Part shown: one piece after another, positions 25,325 through 32,334 of the stretch
Numbering within the stretch: the stretch's first letter is position 1
Layout: each line of letters begins with the position of its first letter
Source of the DNA: Blastocystis sp. subtype 4
Lineage: Eukaryota
NCBI RefSeq assembly: GCF_000743755.1
Contig: NW_014569440.1
Span: 1-32,334, forward strand
Reading direction: 5' to 3'
DNA: 32,334 nucleotides
Made by a program: the position numbers and the translations under genes
The notes under the pieces: model-generated
Seen by the model: only the letters and a program-made list of their open reading frames with translations
Database searches by the model: none
What the model was told of the DNA's origin: nothing

Positions 25325-27385
25325 CTAACTACTCTTAAACTCTTTGAGGAGTGATGCTGAGTCTGTATATCGATTGTTCCGAATTAGTGGAGTATCCATA
25401 GGAATTCGACTAGGAGCTCGATAAGACATATCACCACGAAGAATCTACTCATCATTCTCTTTCTCATTCACATACTTTCATTTCACGTTCTCCAAGAGAT
25501 AGCAAGGATTTCATTACTGGGAAAAGGAAGGTGCGTTCAGAAGAACCTCGAGGGAAACTGATGAATTTGACAATCACTTCTCTCATGTACCACATATTCG
25601 CAACTGGGATCTCTTGTTTCATCTCAGCTACTTCAGCACGTGTAAGACGATGATACAAAGACTTAGGGATTTGAAGTGGCATCTCCTCGTTTGGATTCAG
25701 GCTCTCAAACACTAAAGCATTCATTCGATTCATCTGATTCGATAACTGACGGATTCGATTCATTAGGAACTCTTCCATTCGTTGATAAGCCAACATTTCC
25801 ATCTAATTATGTCATTCCATCAATATCTCGTACATTGGTCTCTTTCTGTCTGTAGCAATAATTCAACTCCTTTAGACTATCACCCAGTGTAGCCACCTAC
25901 AGTCCATCTTTCCTCTCATTCCTACTGTTTCACGTTTCATCGCATCAACTACTCTGTTCATCTCCTCTTTGTGACTTGTTTCCTATGGATCATTCTCATC
26001 CCACTCATCCACCATCTCATTCAGAATCCCCATTACTGTTCCATGGAACTTCTCACTTTCAATCAGTTTCTCATTCAATTCATCTCGTTCCTTGTGACAT
26101 ACGTTATATCGTTTCTCCAACACATCCAACTGTTCCTCTCTACACTTCATTCATTCTCTTGAATCCCACAAATCCTTCACATGACGATCCAAAGCTTCAT
26201 TCTTATTGGTCAGAGAGGCCATATCTAACAATCACATCTCCCTCATCAACCAACCTATTGCTGTTTGTTTCTGATCCTCACGAATACGACGAAGTTGAAG
26301 CTAATTCTCATTCTCTTTCGATTCCTACTTGAAGGGATTCTGTATCTACTCCTTCCTTCTCCTTCTCACTATTTCCCATGATCAGCAGGAGTTGTTGGTG
26401 TTGCTGTTTCCGAATCCTCTCACTTTCTCCCAGTTCTGACTAAATCTCAGATTCATTCATCAAACACACATCAAGAACACTCAATCGTTTCTGTAATCGC
26501 TCAATCTCTGCATCTCGTTGACGTAGTTCTTGTTGTAGTGTACACAAATCGATCTGTTCCTACATTCAATCTCTTTCCAAACACACACCTCCTCATGAAC
26601 ACTTCCACTGTCATTCCGATATGCCTTCTGAATCTCCTCCAACACATGAACACGCTCCACTAATCGTTTGTTTGACTCCATCAGCTCTGATATCTGCATA
26701 TCCTTCTATCTGTCATTCACTCAACAAACACTTACATCTCTGTCTTCCACAAGAGCATTCGTAGATAAATGAGCTTCTTTCTGTAGTGTTAATCCTTGAA
26801 GCATCTCTTCTATTCGTTGTAGCTATCTCTCACACTTCCTTTCCTTTCTTACTACTCTATCTGATACTCCTCCTTCACTTCTATTCATTACACTATTCCT
26901 TTTATCCTACTTTGCTTCTTCAATAAGTCCTGACACAACATCTGAAATCCGTTTCTCATACAATCGCATGTTCTGTTTTACAGCTACACATCATCCTATT
27001 CTTACACTCTCACTTGTAAACAATTCTGAGGCAGTTCGATTATGTTCCATAATTCTTGCTTCATCTCTCTCTTCTTCTCTTCTTCGATATCCTCGGAATC
27101 GAGCTTTCATTTCACTAAGACTCATCTACAAACTCAGTCCCAATAATCAATATTCACCGATTTATCATCTGTAATCTGCAATTCTTCAGCAAAGAACAGT
27201 TTCACACCTTCTAAATCTACTTTGTACCGTTCTTTCTCTTGTTCCAGATTCAATAATTTCTTGTTCAATTCCTGGATATCTTACAATCAAAATACAATTC
27301 ATACACGTATTTGTTGAGACAGTGAATCAGAAAGACTTGGAGTAGAAATAGCCGATCTTACTTCCTCTTGACTCTCTGAATTCAT
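25325..27385 (-). CDS. GRIP-domain coiled-coil golgin (multi-exon)
   Basis: E/K/Q-rich coiled-coil exons; C-term NMWYMREVIVKFI..ERTFLFPVMKSLLSLGEREM (GRIP with conserved Tyr); TGTTTGTT 25309-25316. Confidence 0.75.
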
Positions 27386-27488
27386 CAACTTAAACAATGA
27401 GAAACACTGTATCTGAATCTCTTGTTTTATCTCATTCCCACGGTTCTTTCATTATTCTGTATTCAATCAAACAATTCATAAAACAACA

Positions 27489-30400
27489 CTACATTACTCT
27501 GCTCCGTAANNNNNNNNNNNNNNGAAAGACCCAAACCCATTGCAATCTCTTCTTGTTTCTCTTGAGAAATCGATGAGAACGATTCACAGAGATTTCCATC
27601 AATCACTCCCTACGAATCACTCCATCTCTCCATTCTCACCTTCATTGGAGTATAGGCACTTCTCCAAGACAGTATATCTCTTCCCACAAGAGATGGTTCC
27701 TGTTTCCGAAGGAACATCTCAATGTGAATCATTTGATGAAGTGTCTCTCGACTTGGTATTGGCAATAACACACCAATTGTACCAAAGATGGTTCCATATA
27801 ATACCACTTCATCACCTCCTGGAATCAAACTCGTTTTCTGTACTGAAGTGACAATCTCACCCAAATATAGACCTGCTGCCTGTTCTGCCTATCTATGATT
27901 CCAGCTCTCAAATATATACTTTATTCGCAGCAGCACTCAGGAATCCAGCATCCCAAAGAACACGAGATCCTGTTGGATTGGCAATATCATCATCCACCTT
28001 CGGATCCACACGCTCAGCAAAGAGATTCCCACCTTTATCACCACAGACAATCGTGTTGTAATCCAACACATCCATAGATGTGATACTACGTGGAATGGCT
28101 CCATCAGCAAACTCCACCAACTGATTCGTACCTTGTCGATACTTCACAAAGGATACATTGTTCATCAAATCACCAACATATAATCGTTGGCCCATTGACT
28201 TCAATGTTGTCACAAAGCAGGGCATCATCTAATCATCATTTGGTCTCATTTCATTTACCTTATTCTCACACTTCCGTAACAGTTTCTTCTTACCCAAGTC
28301 ATAAACACGCAGAGAACGACCAATTCCCACAGCCAATCGACCATCAAACTCACACATGGCTCCAGGCACTTCATCCACTTCTGTTCGATGCAACAGTTGA
28401 AGAGAACGACCTTCCACAAATCGGAACACACTAATATATCCTTGAGAACAGGAACGAGGATGAATCTTCAGGTTCTTAGCAGTTCCAATCACGACATAAG
28501 ATTCATCGCCTTTATCATGGAACCGACAAGTACATACAGAGAAGGCAGCTTCATTATCAGCCAGTTCTAATCGTTCCAGAGTCTGTAATGAAACGGCATC
28601 AATCACTCGAATACATGAAGCCCACTTATCTTGTTCTGTAGGAATTGGAGTGCCACATTCATATTCATTCACATACTGGGCATTCACGTTCTGATAGAAT
28701 CTTTGTTTCTCCAGTTCTGAGTAAGCATTGTGATCTGTTTCCAGTATGATGAGTCGTGGCACTCCAGGGATCATTGCCATCTGACGAGGTGTATAGGAAA
28801 GAGGAATTGAAGTGGAGGCAAAGGGTTGAGAGAGATTATCGAGTCGAAGGATCTGAAGATTGCTTCCACTCAAACACACAATCCCTTCTGTGCACTGAGG
28901 ACTAGCAAAGGAAGCAGCAAAGTCGATAGCATCACACACCAAAGGAGTAAGCATCATCGTATTGTCTGCACAATAACATAACCATGGTTTGAGAGAGAGA
29001 GCCAATACACAAGGTAATCGTTCTGCCATCACTTTGAATAGACGCACTGGTCGTGGACCAAGGAATCGAGAACTACGAGCCATTCCCAGTTTTCCTGTAC
29101 GATCATCCACCTCCACTCGCATCAATACTCCCTCTTCTGTTCCTACAGTCAACAACAGTGTTTCAGTTGTATGTCCTGCTGCTCCCATGTGCATTGTCTC
29201 CAGAGCAATCGCTGAGGGCATCTTTGGAAGAGCCAGCATTGACAATTCTTCCAACAAACCACGAGGATCCAGAGAGTACATACGACATGATCGATCTCCA
29301 TATCCAACAGCTAGGAACGGAGCACGAAGACTATTCTCTCCTAGAGTAGGGAGATCAAGACATGTCACATCCTCATTGTGATTCATTGATTCTTGTTCGA
29401 TCCACACCAGACGCTCATCCAATTCGAAATACAACACATCTCCATTCGACAGAGCCACAACGATCTGACGAGTATTCATTGTTGCACACACCACAGAACG
29501 ACGACTTGGAGGTTCCCAGATCTTTGTCTGACCATCTTCGAAGATCTGACGAAAACCTCCTGGAGTGACTTGAAGAAGACTTCCTCCTTCCATCACACCA
29601 GCCAACAATGTACTCTCGTCCAACTTGAACCCTGTATCACTCACCTGTTCTACAGTCTCACCCACAGAGAGAACAATGGTGGCATTGTTAAAACTGATGA
29701 CCATGTACCTATCCAGACCACTATGCAGATCCCTCAATGTCCACAATCCACGTGGAGCATAAGGAAGGGCATTCTGAGAGAGCATAGTGATTGAAAGACC
29801 TTGTTGAAGTACACGCAATGATGAACGAGAACCTCGACCACACAATGCATATAACTGTGGAGTTCCTTCACCACGCAGATCCTCTGCATGTAACTTGAGA
29901 AGAGGAGAAAGAGAAGGAATCACATCCAAAGGCTTCAGATTGGTAAGAGCTCGTGGAGAGAATACAGGTACCTGAACAGATCCATCAGGAGCAAGGAAAG
30001 AAGAGAAAGAGGTCTCAGCACTATCATCTTCTCCCAGACCAATGAATTGATAGAAACAACTAGATATGAGAGAATGAATCAATCAGAACTGGTCACCAAC
30101 TTCTGAAGTAGCCAACAACATACCATGTTTAGTGATATGGAGTGTGGTGGCAGTGGGAATAGTATCAAAATACTTCACTGTCAAATCATGAACATGAGAT
30201 GCATTGAAATCCAGAGTGATTTTGTATACATCACCATACTCACTCTGTACCAAATAGAAGAATCGATCCTATCAATCATTCTTACTTCATTCTCGTACTT
30301 TCTGTTGAAAGAAGGCATAACAGACAAGCAATGTACCTCGACCTTCAGGCAAATGTTCACGACGTGGAAGAGGCGCTCGTACTTCTGGATGACCTTCATT

Positions 30401-31265
30401 ACGATACAGAACCCAATTCTCAGCAAATACTAGAACTCCTCCAGGTCCATCCACACCAGGAACACGAGCCAACATATTCGCACTTCGTTCTGTTGCCTCA
30501 CTCCATTTCCGAATTACATGATTTAGTCCCAAATCCAATTGGTAATACGTTAATAACTTCTCTGTTTGAGCAGCTGCCTCACCTGTTGGATCTTCATCTG
30601 CATCACCATAATTCAATTCTAAACAGGCGAAGATTGGATTGTCGAAACCAACATCTAGCCCTTCAGTTGTTAGAACAATGGTTTGCGACTTATGAGCTTC
30701 TAAGGGAGAAGAGATTGTGACATTGTTTTGAGAATCTCGATTCAACACATATACCAAATTCTGTTTTTCAACTGCACCTAAGAGTTAGAACCAAAGTGAA
30801 CAACTACTTATCATAAAAGCACGACCACTTGGATCTACTGCAACATATTGACCAGGTAAACCACGAATCACACCCACCTTTCCAAAAGTCTCTTGATGGA
30901 TCTTTTCAAACACATTCTTTTCTCCATTGAACTTCAATACAACAACTCGACCACTATCAGAACCAATCACAATGAAATCAATATCATTGCCTGTCCATTA
31001 CCTCCAATACATACAAATACCTGATAAACGAAATGGTTTGAGAGCTCGAATCAAACCATATACTTCAAAACTGCAAATAATATTGATGTTTCCAGCATCA
31101 TCTGGTCTCCATAATTCAAGAATGTTTCCTCTCGAAATGACGAACTCTTCCACTTTTGGTGAACTGAAATTGCCTAATAGAATGACAGGAAGTGACTTGA
31201 ACACTACCATAGATAGCACGTTGAACACCTGTTGCCTTGTGTAGTGTAAGATTATACAAATGCAT
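27489..31265 (-). CDS. SF3B3: Splicing factor 3B subunit 3 (SAP130/Rse1)
   Basis: MHLYNLTL..GNFS, IGSDSGR, KIHQETFGK, TISSPLEAHKS, DVGFDNPIFACLE, YQLDLGLNHV, YDLGKKKLLRKCENK; ends LRSRVM* just beyond an N gap. Confidence 0.96.
27510..27523. other. Assembly gap (14 N) in the last exon of SF3B3
   Basis: Run of n; 14 N does not preserve the frame, so the true gap length differs. Confidence 0.95.
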
Positions 31266-31345
31266 TTCGGAAATCAAAGAGCTTTGAACAGAGAGTTGAG
31301 AGAAAGCAGAATCCCCGTGGGACAAGTTTAGGTGTCAAAAGAACG

Positions 31346-32213
31346 ATGGATAATCATCATTCAAGTTCTGATACGATTGTAACTTAATATTTAGATAAAA
31401 AGCATTCATATAAGAATCAAATCAGAGATATCAAGAGACTTCTAAAGAAATGTGGACCTAACGATCCTAAACGAGAGGGTTTGGAAGAGCGAATGAAGAA
31501 ATTGGATATGATGGCATGAATAGGACAAACATATGATGTATAGGTATTTGCAAGTACAAATCGCCAGAAGATGATAAAGAATCACCGGAGTAACAAAAAT
31601 GTATGCAACTGTGATTTCATATGATGTGCAGTCCCAATTCAAGGAAAAGATGAAACTTTTGCGTCTACAATCCAAATTGGAGAAGCAACTAGCGGATGTT
31701 AGGATTGGTTGGTGATCTGATTTCTAGGAAAACGATGAGGATAAGAAATCCAGTATTCAGAAGGAATTGGAGGAATGTCATAAGAATATGAATGTATTTG
31801 TGTATATGGATATTTACTCATAGTATTGTTTACATTATCCGAATATTGAAAAGTACATTCCATTGTATCCATCAAAACCACTTACAGATTGGCAGAAACA
31901 AACGTTTTCGTGTAGTTTGCGGATTATATTGTAGTCAGAAGTGTATTCTATCATATACTCAACAACTTCAACCTGTCATCGATGAATTGACACAGCAGCA
32001 TTGTAGTGTTTTGATATATAATTTACTGTAGTACAAGAGGATGTGAAATACCGGAAAGACATTCTGCCAAAGATGGTTGCCATTATTAAGGAATTACGTG
32101 AGAAGACAGAAGCAGCTAACATGGAAACAGAATCTAGTGGCGAGGAAGAAGAAGCAGAAGATGCAAAATTGGACGACATCATCGCTGATGATGATTTCTT
32201 TGTTAATGAATAA
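31346..32213 (+). CDS. EFG1: rRNA-processing protein Efg1-like (multi-exon)
   Basis: KNQIRDIKRLLKK and YCLHYPNIEKYIPLYP; acidic tail DDDFF; TGTTTGTT at 32230-32237. Confidence 0.7.
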
Positions 32214-32334
32214 CATTCTTTTAGTTTTATGTTTGTTCCTATATTTCATTAGATAGATAATTGAGGTTTGAAGAAAAGGGTTGAATGAAATTGGTTTGAG
32301 ACTGATTTATAGAGAGTTTGATTGTGTATGAAAC

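Noticed and set aside
26262..26269. Plus-strand TGTTTGTT
   Set aside because: Antisense to golgin coding sequence; no plus-strand gene ends here
27510..27523. Apparent frameshift at the SF3B3 C-terminus
   Set aside because: Caused by an N gap of estimated length

Overview
Gene-dense eukaryotic nuclear DNA with the hallmarks of Blastocystis (anaerobic stramenopile): ~26-35 nt spliceosomal introns, very short intergenic spacers, and a TGTTTGTT element just downstream of most gene ends. The window holds about 20 protein genes plus tRNA-Glu(CTC): the PCCB 3' end, a DEK-C/multi-HMG protein, NDUFA13, a VHS-GAT protein, two E2 enzymes (UBE2K-like, PEX4-like), a TIP30-like reductase, a GT49 glycosyltransferase, a cold-shock-domain protein, an intronless bacterial-type MATE pump, RPC1/POLR3A, a 2Fe-2S ferredoxin, a CCCH zinc-finger protein, ARMC1-like, a GRIP golgin, SF3B3, EFG1 and hypotheticals. 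The main signal is three genes (HMG, ARMC1-like, TIP30-like) whose frame reaches T or TA exactly 4 nt before TGTTTGTT, so their UAA stop is probably completed by the poly(A) tail. That mechanism is already known in Blastocystis. Other points: perfect poly(A) elements inside introns, an orphan element in an intergenic region, a PEX4-like E2 in a lineage with reduced or absent peroxisomes, a probable LGT MATE gene and a GC-AG intron. Exon boundaries were inferred by eye and need RNA confirmation.
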